Of a stretch of DNA of 64,000 nt, positions 23,056 to 36,791 are shown piece by piece. This DNA comes from Sphyrna mokarran (taxonomy: Eukaryota), in contig JAGIQG010000001.1 in the NCBI GenBank assembly GCA_024679065.1, positions 42,222,001-42,286,000 of the forward strand, in the 5' to 3' direction. Positions within the stretch are counted from its first letter, which is position 1; every line of letters starts with the position of its first letter. The notes under the pieces were generated by a model that saw only the letters and a program-made list of their open reading frames with translations, was not told where the DNA came from and ran no database searches. The position numbers and the translations under genes are program-made.

Positions 23056-23892
23056 ATAACCGCAGGAGGCACTTGTCAAACAACGAGGATCCCAAATCAT
23101 GTTTGGGAAATATGAGGAGAAAACAAATCAAATTGCATATCCTTACTCAATTAATATTCCATTATCTCTAATAAAATTGTGTTTTCTTTCATGTGACTAT
23201 CCTTTGTTGCAAATTTGAAATGTACAATGGTAATGGGACTAGATTTTAGTGTTACAATACATGTTATTATTCATTAAATTTGCTTTGGTTTTGTAAAGAG
23301 TATTTTTCAACATTAGAGAATGTCAAGGTTTCTAGCATTAAATGCACACTTGTAATTTTATAACACTGCACTTTAAGCATTGAGTTCAACATCTGTTTTC
23401 TCTCTGTGTTATTGGAATCAGCTCTGCATTCCCCTTCAGATTTCAGTACCACCAATGTCAACAGATAGTCTAAAATATTGATGCTACGTATGTTAGACAA
23501 ACTGAAAATTGAATGCTTCTTGGTAGTTGCTATGATTTTGAACATAGAGCAGCAGGAATGACAACAGTAGTGAGGGAAGCACCTTTGTACAGACGGGCAG
23601 GCCCAGAGAGGAAAGCTGCAGCAGCCTCAAGTAAGACTGACAATGTCTGAGAAAGTGCAGGTAGGAGGCAATTGGACATAAATATGGCCAAAGATAATCT
23701 CAGCCTCGATCTCATAAGAATCAGCCATTTTGTCTGTTTGATCATTTTCTACCTTATGCTAATAACATACACAGGATTAGACAAAGGACTCAAGGATAGT
23801 CAGCATGCAAGTAACATTCTTCCTCTTTGCCCACTTGTGTTGTTCCAAAGCCTGTGCTGTTCCTTCTACATCATGCTAAGAATAAACACAAG

Positions 23893-24019
23893 TTACCGGC
23901 ATTTTACTGCCTCGCCTGCCTGAGGCTCTAAGATCCCAAACGAGGCCAACGGCGAATGCTGTTCTGCAAACCTCGCCCGCCCCGATTCTGGGGTGGGTAT
24001 GCCGGCAAAATTCCAACCA
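23893..24019. mobile_element. Short MITE
   Basis: ccggcattttac...gcaaaattccaacc termini; same interior as 9010-9136. Confidence 0.6.
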
Positions 24020-24099
24020 AACTCCCCCACTTAGAAATTTTCTGTTATCCGTGGCTGTAAAAAGGTTCATGCATTTCACGACACCGGGAAAAACAGATG

Positions 24100-25000
24100 C
24101 ACAAATGTGTCGTGTCTGGAATGGAGGTCCTGTTGGTGTTTAGTGTTCTTCAGAGCAGCAATCGTGTTAATGTTGCTGTGAACCAATTTGCTCTCTGCTG
24201 CGGCTTTGCAATGATGGTGCGGCCGAGACCTTCCGACTAGGTCCAGGCAACAAGTGAATTTGAAATATTTCTAACAGCCAGTCCCACTGAGAGCACTTTC
24301 CCATCGGCAAACGCTGCAAGATGGATGTGTCACCATGCCTTCCTTCTGTCTAATTATGTTAAAATGCTGACTTTTGTTTCAGACCAGTTGGTACTGATGC
24401 ATTAAACAAGACATGCCATTAATTTCTTCATCATCATAACCTAAGCCGGGCGCGCGCTTAAAATATTCATTCGACAATGAAAATGGACATTAAAATTTTA
24501 ATAATGTCAAACTCATTTGAACCAAGCTCCAGGGGGAATATTATGATACAATTAGGATAAATATAGTGATTGATCTCCGATCAGAGTTCACCTGGCCATC
24601 AGCTCACGGGCTGCTTTTGGGAGTTTGCAACTCATGTACAGGAGTGGAGTTCCGACATTTGCCCTTTGGTATTTACTTTAAACTTTATGAGTTCTGGCCA
24701 TTATTCTCCGAAGACGTGACCCTTCAGCTAGCCTGAAGTGATAGATCATCCGGGCAGCGAGGACAGAGGAAGAAAAGCAACTCGCCTTGGGCTGCACTTG
24801 CATGGCTTTTGATTGAAAGAGATTTTAATTGGACAATAACTGAGGTCATATGTAAAAATAATTACCAGCTTCAAATTGCCATTTACTCTGATATATTTGG
24901 GTTATTTTAATATTTTAATGGAAAAGTTAATGGTTAGCAAATACAACCCCTGTGCAGTATGACATTTTAATATCTTGTTAAAATATTAGCCTATTTTCTG
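24100..25000. promoter_or_regulatory. Repeat-free island, candidate conserved non-coding element cluster
   Basis: Retained CpGs (gccgggcgcgcgc near 24446), dense TAAT/ATTA cores, tgattga motifs; no repeat or coding signal. Confidence 0.4.
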
Positions 25001-25177
25001 TAAAGCAACAAGGGATTTGTTTAACATCCAGGAAAAAAGACGAAAATGCTCTTTGTACCCTGGATGAGCTTAACACTTTGGGCGCCAGGCTTTTCGACTG
25101 GCATCTTGCAAATACAATTTTCATTGTATCCTTCGCATGATTTTTCAGATGCACTGGACAAAATGTTAGCAAAAAAT

Positions 25178-26118
25178 GGCAGAGTCTTGTTTCCAGCTAG
25201 AAAACTGGAATGTTCTTCCTGTGAGAAACATGCTGGTTTTCTCTGTTACAATATACTGCGTATAAAAATTCATGCCATTATGTAGGGGGCCAACCCTCAA
25301 CACATCGGCAAAACCCAGCTGCATAGAGATCGGGGCACTATCTTTAAAGGGTGCCCAGATCATAACAGGGATAAACTTCCCCACCACCCCTATCTACCAT
25401 TTAGGCCTCCCCTCGATACCCCTGATTGAAGTCAGCACTTCTGTACTTGCAACACCCACCAACAATTGGCCTCTTCCTCAGATTATGAAGCCCATTTTCC
25501 TGATCATCAGCCCCTTCTCCCCACTTGCCTCCCCCGATCATTGGTTCCATCCCACCACCCCCGGCTCACAGTTGGAGCTGGCATACAGACTCTCCCTAGT
25601 ATCCCCCCCATCACCTGCTCATCCAGCTGCTCCCAGCCTACAACCAAATCTGAAAGAATTCCCCAATCTCCCTTCCATGATGCTGTCCTCAGGGCCAATC
25701 CATTGGCATGTGTTGACACTGCCAGGGTAGCACAGGCATGGTGTCAACCTGGCAATGTTAACCTTTGCCAAAGGATAGTACCAAGGATAGTGCTAGGTCA
25801 CCAGCTATTCATGTTCACTCCCTTATATTCTCCTTTATAACCCCAGAGAGACCCCACAACATGTTCACATCAAGGAGACATCACCCGGTGTCTGCTGAAT
25901 ATCCGGTGAAGGGGAAGTCCCCCCACAGCGTGGTCACTAATGACATGCTAGTGTATTAAAATAAGCTTCTGCGGTCCCACAGCATGTTTCACGCCACTCT
26001 GCCAGAGAGGGTCGGGAAGATCGGAATCCAGAAATTCGCCAGTGTGAATTGCGCTTTTCTGATTTTGAGTGCATGCCGCCATTCCCCCAGACAAAGAATG
26101 CGAGCTAAAAATCGCCCC
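25178..26118 (+). mobile_element. Non-autonomous GC-rich Harbinger-like element
   Basis: C-rich interior and cactgccagggtagcac/ggcaatg motifs as in 1507-2708; ends aaaaatcgcccc. Confidence 0.55.
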
Positions 26119-27285
26119 CACTGTCTCCATTCTCCTGTTCATGGGGAAGGTGGGGAGGGGAGTGAGCCTACAGTTTAGAACAACAATTAATCTGTTTCCT
26201 GTTTGACCTGAGGTGCATTATACCTTGTTATGGTTAAAAAGCAATCATTTATTGGGATCATTGCCATTCAATTGTTTATTGTATAGTAGCTCCTGTAATG
26301 CAAGAAATGATGCATATGTAGTAAAAGAATTACTTGATGATTCAGTAGCAACAGAAAGTAGGAGGGTAAGTCTCAGATCACAAGGACCTGCATTTGAATC
26401 ATTGTCGGGACCGGGTCTCACCTGCAGGTTTCATGAAGAAGGAAGCTAGATTTACTCGTTTTAGATTCTTTGTATGTAGGAGCAAGTTTGCTGTGCTACA
26501 GTATGACAGCTGATTGCATTCATGCCTGCCAAAGGATTGTCACCAGGTTAAACAGATATACCTTCCTGAATTACCAAATTCGGCTGGGGACAAAGGAAGT
26601 AAATTTGGGCTCATCGCTGACTGACCTACTAACACAGAAAGGATAACAGTACAGTATCCAAATGTAAATGGCAAATGAACCATGTGTCTCTTCAATACAA
26701 CAGTCAAATACTGTTCCCAGTCTCCTGGTTAAACTTGGGAAAGGTGGATCCCATTCATAGATCAGCTGCATTTCATTTTGCGTTGGTGTGATGTGATTTC
26801 AGCATTGCATCAGTGTAAGAAGACATGGTATAAATTCAGCACAAAGATGCCCAAATTAAATTTAGCAAGAGATACAATATCATATCATCAGGGAACTCGA
26901 GCACACTTTATTATTAACCTTACAACATCAGCCAAGAACACACTACTGAATGTTCAATAACATAAAAAATGTCACTAGCCACTGAGCAGTGGTCTACAAA
27001 TCCAGATAAAGATGTAGTTACTCCTGTTTTTCAGAAAGACACAGTAATGTGTGACTGATGGCATGCTAACAGTGTTGTCAGCAAATATTGGCTTCAAACA
27101 ACTTGCAAATAGTTTAACTGCATCTGCAGCAAACCAGCACAATACTTTCTCATGCATAATCATGGACTAATCCAATGGAGTCCACAGTCATCAAATTCCC
27201 TTTTAGGGCACAGTACTTGAAAGAGGAAGAGGATAACTGCACCATATATAATTCAGATTTACCAGGTTAAAGTAGTCCTGGTAGT

Positions 27286-27420
27286 AAGTTTAAGTTTATT
27301 TATTAGTGTCACAGGTAGACCTACATTAACAATGCAATAAATTCCCCCAGATGTCACACTCCGGCATGTGTTCGGGTACACAGAGGAAGAATTTAGCATG
27401 GCCAATGCACTTAACCACAA
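27286..27420 (-). mobile_element. V-SINE type B, 3' fragment
   Basis: aagtttatttattagtgtcaca...acattaac...cacactccggc...aatttagcatggccaatgcac. Confidence 0.85.
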
Positions 27421-28206
27421 TAATTATATCATAATTATATCTATTACTAGAAAAAATATATATTCTATATGTAATCAGAATTTGTTCCAGAAAGCCCACA
27501 GGATGTTTTTTAACCAGCATAATGGTATTGACTATTTTAATCACAGTCGTTGGGTATTGACTGTTCAACCTTATTCACAAGTGTCGATTAAGCACTACTA
27601 GTAATTATTTTCATATGGTGCAAAAATATGACCCTTGTGCCAGTAACAATTACTCAGCTTAATGTCAGCGTTAAAGGTCAAACAAAATATGTTTTAACAG
27701 CCTGATTCTTTTTCAAAAACTGTTTAGAATTTTTTGTATTTTGCAAGTACAGCAAGTTCAAATGTAGATATACCTACAACTAACCTTTAAAACTGGCTGT
27801 CCTTCAGAACTACTTGATATTTAAAGAAAACAAAACATAAGGGAAGGATGCAATGGCAAGGATTACAATGTTGTCAGAGCGAATACAAGAATAAATGTTT
27901 TCAATTCTTCTGTTAGATCCAGATTTCAACTTCTGTCTCTCATTGCCATCTTTCTCTATTTTACAAAGGTCATCGATTGTCTAAAATTCCCCCTGTTGTT
28001 CGCTTGAACTCCAAATGTTTCACTCTTATATGCTTTCCCTTCTCATGGCATCATAGCTTTGTTGAAATCAAGATTTGTCACACTGAATTCCTGTTTAAAC
28101 TCTTTCCTTTCCAGAATGTGCAGTTTCTTACCTCATTCTGTCCTCTCTTTTCATTCTCAGACCACAAGTATTTAAAACCATGGCTTGGTTTTAATGCATC
28201 TTAGTG

Positions 28207-28720
28207 TCATAGAGATTTACAGCATGAAAACAGACCCTTCAGTCCAGTTATTATCAATAAGCTAGTCCCAAGTGCCTAGGTTTGGACCATATCCTTCTAC
28301 ATCCATGTAACTGTCTAAATGCTTTTTAAAAGACAAAATTGTATCTGCCTCAACATCTACCTCTGGCAGTTTGTCCCAGACACACACCACCCTCTGTGTA
28401 AAAACATTTCCTCTCTGGATCCTTTTGTATCTCTCCCTTCTCACTTTAAACCTATGCCCTCTAGCTTTAAACCTGTGGGAGAGGATGTTAAGTAACTAGT
28501 TAATCGGTGTCCCTCATTATTTTATAGACCTCTATAAGATCACCCCTAAGTCTCCTACACTCCAGGGGAAAAAGTCCAAGTCTATCGAACCTCTCCTTAT
28601 AATTCAAACCAAGTCCTAATAAATCTTCTCTGCACTCCTAATTTAATAATATCCTTGCTATAATTGGGTGACCAGAACTGTACACAGTTCTGTGTATCTA
28701 ATGTTTTCAGCTATTCTCTG
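28207..28720 (-). mobile_element. HER1/CR1 LINE 3' end
   Basis: Minus ORF RGNVFTQRVVCVWDKLPEVDVEADTILSFKKHLDSYM. Confidence 0.9.
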
Positions 28721-29526
28721 CAAACTTGTTCTGCACCTAGTTTTCTCCACAATAAAATATTTTATGAATATAAGACAATGAACATATAGGCACACATTAA
28801 CCAGAGATACATTTTAAAACATTAAAATGGAGAGTAAAATACACTCAGCTGAAAACAAAAAGATTTGATTGTTAGAACCCTGTCATTAGGTTTTACATCT
28901 GATGCAAATAAAATGTTTCTTAACAGCATATTTATTTTCCTCTTAACTTTTTCGCAGCTGAAATCAATTAAATAAATTCCAACCCTTGACTGGAAAAAAA
29001 ATGCTCAAAATGGATTATATTATTTTGATGCCACATAGCAGAAATTCTCAGCTCAGTGGTAGTATTATCTTCAATACCGGCACATCAAAAGGATGGCAAG
29101 GCACTAAGAAAGGTCCTCTTTTCATGTGCCATTGCTGAAGATAATACCCTTACAGAGGCACAGGATCCTGTTGCAGGCTATGAAACATTAACACCACATA
29201 CACAGTCTTCTCAGTTAATGTCTAATGCCTGTTTGGAGCAATGATACTCTCAGTCAGCGAGTAGTCTGGGTTAAGTGAGGAAGACAAGGGGATAACATGC
29301 AAACTCCACATAGAATTTATCCAATGCCAGAACCAAAGCTGGATTCTTGGCACTGTGAGGGAGTAGGGCTAAACATTGTGTTGTCATGCTGCCCTCCGAA
29401 GAATGTATTCTCTCTTTCCCTCCAACTCAACCTTTTAAGAATAATTATAAATTGATCACCTTAATTCTTCCTGGTTAGCCGTCATGATAATAATTTGATA
29501 ACATATAATTTTTTAAGCATGTTTTA

Positions 29527-29905
29527 TGGGGAGATGATGGTACCTAGTGGTATTATTGCTAGACTATTAATCCAAAAACTCAGCTAATAATATGGGACCT
29601 GGATTCGAATCCCACCATGGCAGACAGTGGAATTTGAACTCAATAAAAAATATCTGGAATGAAGAATCTACATATGACAATGAAACCGTTATCGATTGTG
29701 GAAAACCCATCTGTTTCACTAATTTCTTTTAGGGAAGAAGGAAATCTGCTATCCTTATCTGGTCTGACTTCCATGTGATTCTAGAACCATAGCGATGTGG
29801 TTGACTCTCAACTGCCTTCTGAAAAAGGATAACTGGATAACTAGAGATGAGCAATAAATGCTAGCCAGCCAGTGATGCCTATGTCTCAAAAATGAATAAT
29901 GAAAA
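29527..29905 (+). mobile_element. tRNA-derived SINE with L2/CR1-group tail
   Basis: A/B-box-like tagtgg and ggattcgaatcc; tail gcaataaatgctagccagccagtgatgcc is shared with the LINE end at 30465-30530. Confidence 0.85.
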
Positions 29906-30269
29906 CACCTAACCTCTTTCCAATTTAAATATAAGAATATTTTTCATTACATTGAACATTTTGGAATGGTTGATGTTCTTGGTTTCATTATTTACTTTCA
30001 TTGAGACTCTTTGTGCTTCTTTTTCTACTGTATACATGTTACATTCAAGGTTTTATGAAGGTTCTAATTTTTTTCCTGAACTCCTTATGCTTTTTCTCTT
30101 CCCAGTGTCCTCACATTTTTGAAACCAAAATTCTTTGCACCCTATTCAACTTGAACTCACTTGATTTTAAGGATCTCAAGGCTAAACTTATGTTACAATG
30201 ACTATTAAAAGCCAAGCTGACTATCACCTGTCCCTGTAATAAACTTGATTCACTCATTGAACTCTCAAC

Positions 30270-30450
30270 TTTAAAGTTAGACAAGTCTCACTTCTAGTAC
30301 TTTACTGTGGTATTGATGAGACAGCACTGTCTTTCAGGTGAAAGTTAAACCAAAGGTCTTTCTGTCTGTTCAAATCGGTTTTAATATCTCAGGTTCATAC
30401 TTTCTGAAGGGATTGTTCTGATTTCCTACCAGATCTTTGATGGAATGTTG
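30270..30450 (+). mobile_element. Decayed Deu-domain (SacSINE1-like) SINE
   Basis: actgtctttcaggtgaaagttaaaccaaaggtc resembles the Deu core gctgtctttcggatgagacgttaaaccgaggcc. Confidence 0.45.
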
Positions 30451-30461
30451 AACATATATTT

Positions 30462-31345
30462 TTTTAATTCATTTGTGGACATGGGCATTGCTGGCTGGCC
30501 AGCGTTTATTGCCCATCCCTAGTTGCCCTTGAGAAGGTGGTGGTGAGTCTCCTTCTTGAATCTCTGCAGTCCAAATGCTATGGGTTGATCCATAATGTGA
30601 TAAGTTTCCAAATCAGGATGGTGAGTGGTTTGGAGAGGAACTTGCAGGTAGTGGTGTTCCCATATATTTACTGCCTTTGTCCTCTAGATTAAGTGGTTGT
30701 GGTATTGGAAGGCACTGACTAAGAATCTTTGATGAATTGCTGCAGTGCATCTTGTGGATAATACACACTGCTGCTACTGAGCGTTGGTCATGGAGGGAGA
30801 AAATAAGAACATAAGAACTAGGAGAAGGAGTAGTCCATCTGGCGTCTTGAGCCTGCTCCGCCATTCAATAGAATCATGGCTGATCTTTTTGTGTTGTCAG
30901 CTCCACTTACTTGCCTGCTTACCATAACCCTTAATTCCTTTACTGTTCAAAAATTTATCTATCCTTGCCTTAAAAACATTCAGTGAGGTAGCCTCAACTG
31001 TTGAGTAGGGAATTCCATTCACAACCTTTAGAGTTGATGTTTGTACTTATGGTGCCGATCAAGTGAGTTGTGTTGCCTTGGAAGGTATCAAGCTTCTTGA
31101 GTGTTGTTGAAGTTGTACCCATTCAGACAAGTGGGGAGTATTCCATCACACTCCTGATTTGTGCCTTGTAGATGGTTTTGGGAAGTGAGGGGGTGAGTTT
31201 CTCACCGCAGTATTTTTGACCTGCTCTTGTAGCTACTGTGTGGGTGATGAGTCCTGTTGAGTTTCTAGTTAATGGTAAACCCAACGATGTTGACAGTGGG
31301 GGATTCAGTGATGGTAACACCACTGAATGTCAAGGGGTGGTTGAC
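30462..31345 (-). mobile_element. L2/CR1-group LINE 3' portion
   Basis: Minus ORF TIYKAQIRSVMEYSPLV; 3' end tttattgcccatccctagttgcccttgagaaggtggtgg. Confidence 0.85.
30803..31030 (-). mobile_element. CR1 3' end nested in the LINE above
   Basis: ataagaacataagaactaggag...; near copy of 3562-3792. Confidence 0.85.
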
Positions 31346-31589
31346 AATATTGTGGTTGACTGTCAACTGCCATCGGGCGACCTGGGATGGGCAATATATG
31401 CTGGTCAGCCAGTGACATCCAAGTTCCACAAATTAATAAAAAATCCCAGTGACAGCTTTTCGACAGATTCTAAAAGTGTGATTCTGCAGCCAAATGTTTA
31501 GAATTTAGTTGTTCTCTGGACCTTCTTGTATACATGTGGTCATGTGTCGGGTGCATGTTTATAGGATGGTGGAAGATTTAATGCACTTA

Positions 31590-32509
31590 AAATTTAGAAC
31601 AGGCAAATCAAATTGGCAAATGAGGAATTCGAGCATACGCCAGAAATACAAATGTGTCTTCCAGAGCCAGAAAACAATCGCAGTCAAAATCGTGCTGGAA
31701 ACTGATGGGAAGGGAGGTAAGTAATTTGAATTTTTTGTTAATGCATTTTAAATATATTTTGCATGTGATTATCAGGCCTCGCACAGAAGTTGCCAGGCCC
31801 GAAAGCATCTCCGCCAGGAGTATTTCATTCCGGTGAAGTTGACAGCGGCTCTCCATGATTCGGGGAATAAGTGGGAGACTCCACCGGAATGAAAGGGGGT
31901 AATCAGGGCCACCCAGGGGGTAGTTCCAGGGGGTGGAGTCTTTTGTGGGTGGACCCAAGGGGCAATTAGAGGAGGTGAAATGTCCAGATGCCATTCTGCA
32001 TTAGAATCGGTTTGGTTTGCAGAAAGACTAGCGATTGGGCGGGCTGAGGGTAGATAGTCTGCTGGGGGCACGGGGGAATGGGGGACAGGGAGGCAATGAG
32101 GGGAACGGGGAGAGGAGGGAGGCTGTCTCACTGTTGGGTGGTTTGACCCTAGGTTGGGTCTACCGGACGGATGGTCCACTGGGGTGAGGACGTGGGGAGA
32201 TTGCCACTGCTAGACAGGAGGATGGGCTCGATGTCGGCACAATCCCGGGATGTGGGAGGTCAGGGCTGTCCCAGGAATTGTTGTTGGCCAGCAAAGGGTG
32301 AGACTCACAAATCGAGACACTGCACAAAGTTCCAGAACTGTCAGATTCTGGCGCAAATATAACCCCCTCCCGGATTTTTAATGAGATTCATGATTGTGAC
32401 CTGCATTGCACATAGTGCGGAGATTCAGTTCTGAAGCTGCACAGAAAAGGTAATCATGATCTAGAACAGTTTTGCCACCACTTCAGCACTTTTGGGAGAA
32501 TTGCCCCCC
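31590..32509 (-). mobile_element. Non-autonomous GC-rich Harbinger-like element related to 1507-2708
   Basis: Terminus ttttgggagaattgcccc is the reverse complement of 1507-1524; G-rich interior; homologous internal inverted repeat at 31823-31894. Confidence 0.6.
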
Positions 32510-32627
32510 AAAATTCTCAAAATCTTAATTAAGTCTAAGAAGGCATCTTAACCCTTTAGTTGTCTCTGACTGGGATTTCATTGAATGGTGCCAAAAAGTG
32601 ACAGGACATTGGTAGAAAAAAGACTTA

Positions 32628-32757
32628 GGCCAGAATTCCCCATCTGTTCACGTCCCACTGCTAGAAAGGATGGGGAATTTGGCGCTTAACCCAATCTTTC
32701 TTCAGTGCAGCAGGACGGGAGAATTCTGGTGGTGTGAATGGCCATAGAATCCCACCC
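32628..32757. mobile_element. Short MITE
   Basis: ggccagaattc / agaatcccaccc termini flanked by TTA on both sides; interior related to 54925-55055 in reverse. Confidence 0.65.
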
Positions 32758-33327
32758 TTAATGTGTGAGCTCAGGTCTGCAAATAAATAATGCAGCAATC
32801 CACCACCCAAACTGATGAAATGAAATTTATGGTATATGAGGTGGTCAGAAGGAAGATTGCTTTCTGGATCATTCAACAGGGCTGCCTCAAAGGTCATCAT
32901 TATAGCATGCCTGTAAGGAAGTGGAGCCAGTTTTTTTTATGGCACATCTGACTTGTATATGTTAATGCTGTCTCCGCACAAAACTTATCCCAAAAGTTGT
33001 CACAGCTCTCCACTGTCTGTTGGGTGCAAATAGCTTTCCATAGTCAGGATCTCAATGTGGCTTTGAGATTTTGGTGGTATTATTACCAATCAGTATAAGA
33101 TGATTGTTGAACACTTCAAACATGCCTTCCTTCATGAAGGAACAATGGCATCATTCAGATTGGCATTCTTCCTTGAGAATGCTGATTAGTCAGTGTTATA
33201 TATTTAAATGGTTGCATGATTGCTGTAAGAGCTGATTACATGATTTGAAGGTGATGTTATTTGGGTGTTGCACAGGCGGCTGCTTTTAGTTTCAGTTTGT
33301 ACTCTAGAGGGAACATCTCTTTCGAAA

Positions 33328-33633
33328 GGGTGGCATGGTGGCACAGTGATTAGCATCGTTGTCTCACGGTGTCAGAGACCTGTGTTCAATTCCCGGTTTG
33401 GGTCATTGTCTGTGCAGAGTCTGCACATTCTCCCCATGTTTGTGTGGGTTTCCTTTGGGTGCCCGTTTCCTCATCAAGTCTCAGCAATGTGCTCGTTGGG
33501 TGTATTGGCTATGCTAAGTTCTCCCTCAGTGCATCCGAACAGGTGCTGGCATGTGGTGACTAGAGGATTTTCACAGTAACTTCACTGCAGTGTTCGTGTA
33601 AGCCTACTTGTGACACTATTAAATTAATAAAAC
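33328..33633 (+). mobile_element. Full-length V-SINE, tail type B (long variant)
   Basis: gggtggcatggtggcacagtg head through gtaagcctacttgtgacactattaaattaataaaact. Confidence 0.9.
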
Positions 33634-34004
33634 TCGTTGTTGTTAGTTTGATTCTACATTGTAAATAATTTATTTTCTTTTTGTTTAAAACCCATAACCC
33701 CCACCATAGTTACAACTTTGCAGTCAGCCTACTTCATTTTTATCTCTTAACCAGACTGAAGCTGTAATGTTTCCCCATTTCTAAATCAAAAATTGAGAAG
33801 TCCAGGTACAAACTGAAATAATGCAGAAAATGAAATTGGTTGGTGCATGAATCAGAACACTATGAACTATCTGGGTTTTCTGCTGTGAGGTGACCATGGT
33901 AATGGAATGGATCAAGTGCATCAAGTGGATCATGGTAATGGAGTGGAAATGGAAAATGGGCAGTTCTGATAGACTGATAAATGGGAAAGTTAGGGTATCC
34001 GTAA

Positions 34005-34225
34005 CTGCGTCAGGAACCTAGATTCAATTCCCAGCTTTGGTCACTCTCAGTATGGAATTTGCATGTTCTCCCCATGTCTGTGTGTGTTTCCTCCCACAGT
34101 CTGAAAGATGTGCTGATTGATGCATTGACCCAAACAGGTGCCAGAGTGTGGCAGCTAGGGGATTTTCACAGTAACTTCACTGCAGTGTTAATGTAAGTCT
34201 TTCTCGTGACTAATAAATAAACTTC
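34005..34225 (+). mobile_element. V-SINE type B short variant, 5'-truncated
   Basis: ttcaattccc...tgcattgacccaaacagg...cagtaacttcactgcagtgttaatgtaag. Confidence 0.85.
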
Positions 34226-35065
34226 AATATAATATACTTTCTAGATTTTGGAACCAGTTTGATTATAATCATTTTCAGTCTCTTCTAACTTTAAATAAGC
34301 CATAACATTATATTTATGATCCACATATTGCAGAGCCTGTTATCTCACAGAAGGGTTACACAGTCCTTCTATTTCCCAAAGAAAAAAAAAACTCGTTCAT
34401 TTTTAAGACAAATGCTTGACAGAAAAACATTGTGTATGCTACATTTAGTTTGCTAATGACTAAAACAACAAGATCAACAATTATCGATCTAGAAGTTTAT
34501 GAATTATTTCAATAATTAGGAAAACATTCATATTAACCACAAACTTCGCTCATGCATTGTTGCACTCTGCAAGCAATTAGAGGTCTAGGTTTGCATGCCT
34601 TGTAGCACAGCCCTCAGTTATAATGTGCCATACAATTCAATAATTTACAGCACTGATCAATAAGGAGCCAAAATACAGCTCCCAGAGGAATAAATGATGA
34701 CCACTTATTTAAATATAAACAAGATCATACATCAAGTAAACTCTGAACTAACTGGAATACAGTGCTAACATTTCATAGATTGGGTTGTAAACTTCAGATC
34801 TGAACAACCACTATGATAGTCTCAGTGAAAATCTTTAAAAAAAACTGACCAGATTTCAGAAGGAAGTAAAAATGTTTGATACAAAGACAGAAGTATGATC
34901 TGGTCTTTAACATTTTTCCACCCTGCAATGGTAGCAAGGAATCATATTAATGTCATTGTCCATACAGGGAGGTCCAGAATCCCAATAACTCCTTGGGTTA
35001 TTATTACGCACAGATATTTTTTACTCCTGATAATTGATCCTATTAGTTCAAGTATCAACCATCTG

Positions 35066-35260
35066 TAAAACAGCATCTTCCTACTGCCATCAAACTTTTG
35101 AATGGACCTACCTCATATTAAGTTGATCCTTCTCTACACCCTAACTACGACTGTAATAATACATTCTGCATCCTCTCCTTTCCATCTCTATGTATGGTAT
35201 TCTTTGTATAGCTTGCAAGAAACAATACTTTTCACATGTGACAATAAATTAATCAATCAG
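35066..35260 (+). mobile_element. Rex1/Babar LINE 3' end
   Basis: Homologous to 40380-40590 (attaagttgatc...gaaacaatacttttcac...tgtgacaataaa). Confidence 0.8.
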
Positions 35261-36249
35261 CATAGTGGTGAGACAAATGAATCAGTAGTTGTCATGTTCA
35301 TTTTATCCATTTTTTGATTGTGGGGACTGTACTGGCATGGTTACAATTCATTGGAACCTTCCACTGTCCCTCATAATGACTGCCAATGCATCATAAATCT
35401 TGTCACTAATTTATTTCCACAATGTCTTGAGATCTCACACTTCCTTTGGGAATGGAAGGAAATTCAGAAAGGAAGTCAATATTGTAGACACTTTTGGGTG
35501 ACCTGCCAGCATTCCTGTGAAGAGATTGGCATCACTCGGGAAGACCAAATGGATGAGAAATAAAATGCAGGAATAAAATTAACTCTGTCCCCTTCATCTC
35601 CAACATGGGTCATGCACAATTGCTTTTTGTATTATTATGTTAATCACGCCTTAACAGTTACATTTGTACTGTTGCTAAATATGTGTCTGCGTCCCCATAA
35701 AAAATAAAAATGATATAAGCTTAAGGTGCCTTTGCTTCTGCTTTGTTATTTACCTGGGCAAAGTTTCTACTTGTAGCAGTTCTTTCACTGACATAAACTA
35801 TTGAGAAATAAAATCTTTCACAATAATATTAACCAATATTGCACTTACATTGCAGTCTCATGTTTCAAAATCATAGACTTTGGAGAAGAAAGTCAGTTTA
35901 ATTCAGAGCAATGTTTATGCTTTCTCAATGTTAAATTTAAAAAATGCATTTGATTATTTAATAACTCATTCTAGAGAGGTCTCCTGCAGTGGCAGGGTGA
36001 ATCCACATGTTTATGTCATTTGCTAAAACAAAGACCCTATTTTTCTGTAGTTGGATATGGAACTAAAATATATTTTTGTCAAGGTGAAAATATACGTTTT
36101 TAATTAAATAAAAGGGCACTGAATTGATAATTAGGTGTTGTTGACATTGTGTGCATTGGCATTTTAAAGAAGATGAACAGTCAAGATGATAAAGTAAATT
36201 TAACTTGGAGGTGTTGGAAATACATGAGACCAGGAGCTAAGTATATAGT

Positions 36250-36591
36250 TTTTTTTTAATTTATTCATTTGTGGGCTAGCACTTATTGCCCATCCCTAGT
36301 TCCTCAAGGCTGTTAAGAGTCAATCACATTGCTGTGACTCTGGTCACATCTAGGCCTTGCCAGGTAAGGACGGCAGATTTCCTTCCGTAAGGACATTAGT
36401 GAACCAGATGGGTTTTCTGACAATCACCAATGGTTTCGTGTCATCAGTAGATTCTTAATTTCAGATTTTTGAAAATCTAATTGAAATTCCACCATCTATT
36501 GTGGCAGGATTTGAACACAGGTTTCTCAGAACTTTAGCTGAGCTACTGGATTAGTAGTGTAGTGATAATATTGCTAAGTCATCACCTCTCC
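36250..36591 (-). mobile_element. tRNA-derived SINE (same family as 29527)
   Basis: ttattgcccatccctag...ggacattagtgaaccagatggg...gaaattccaccatc. Confidence 0.85.
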
Positions 36592-36791
36592 TAAACAGAA
36601 GAGCAAACATTCCTTCAGTATCATAAAGGCAAGTAACCTGTTAGACGTAAGGTGAAAATGATAGATTCAAATCTAATAGAGGAGCAGCAAAGATAATATA
36701 TCCCCTGATTAATTACTGATCGAAGTAAGAAATAGATGAATCATGTGCCAATCCTAAACAAGCAACAAAGTAAAATCAGCAACTTTGATAT

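Noticed and set aside
25272-25840. 152-aa and 124-aa ORFs
   Set aside because: Low-complexity transposon interior with no homology signal
30803-31030. Apparent segmental duplication of 3562-3792
   Set aside because: Two independent insertions of the same CR1 subfamily 3' end; flanks are unrelated
33891-33960. Short repeats catggtaatgga and atcaagtg suggesting an array
   Set aside because: Only two copies each and no regular spacers; local slippage, not CRISPR-like
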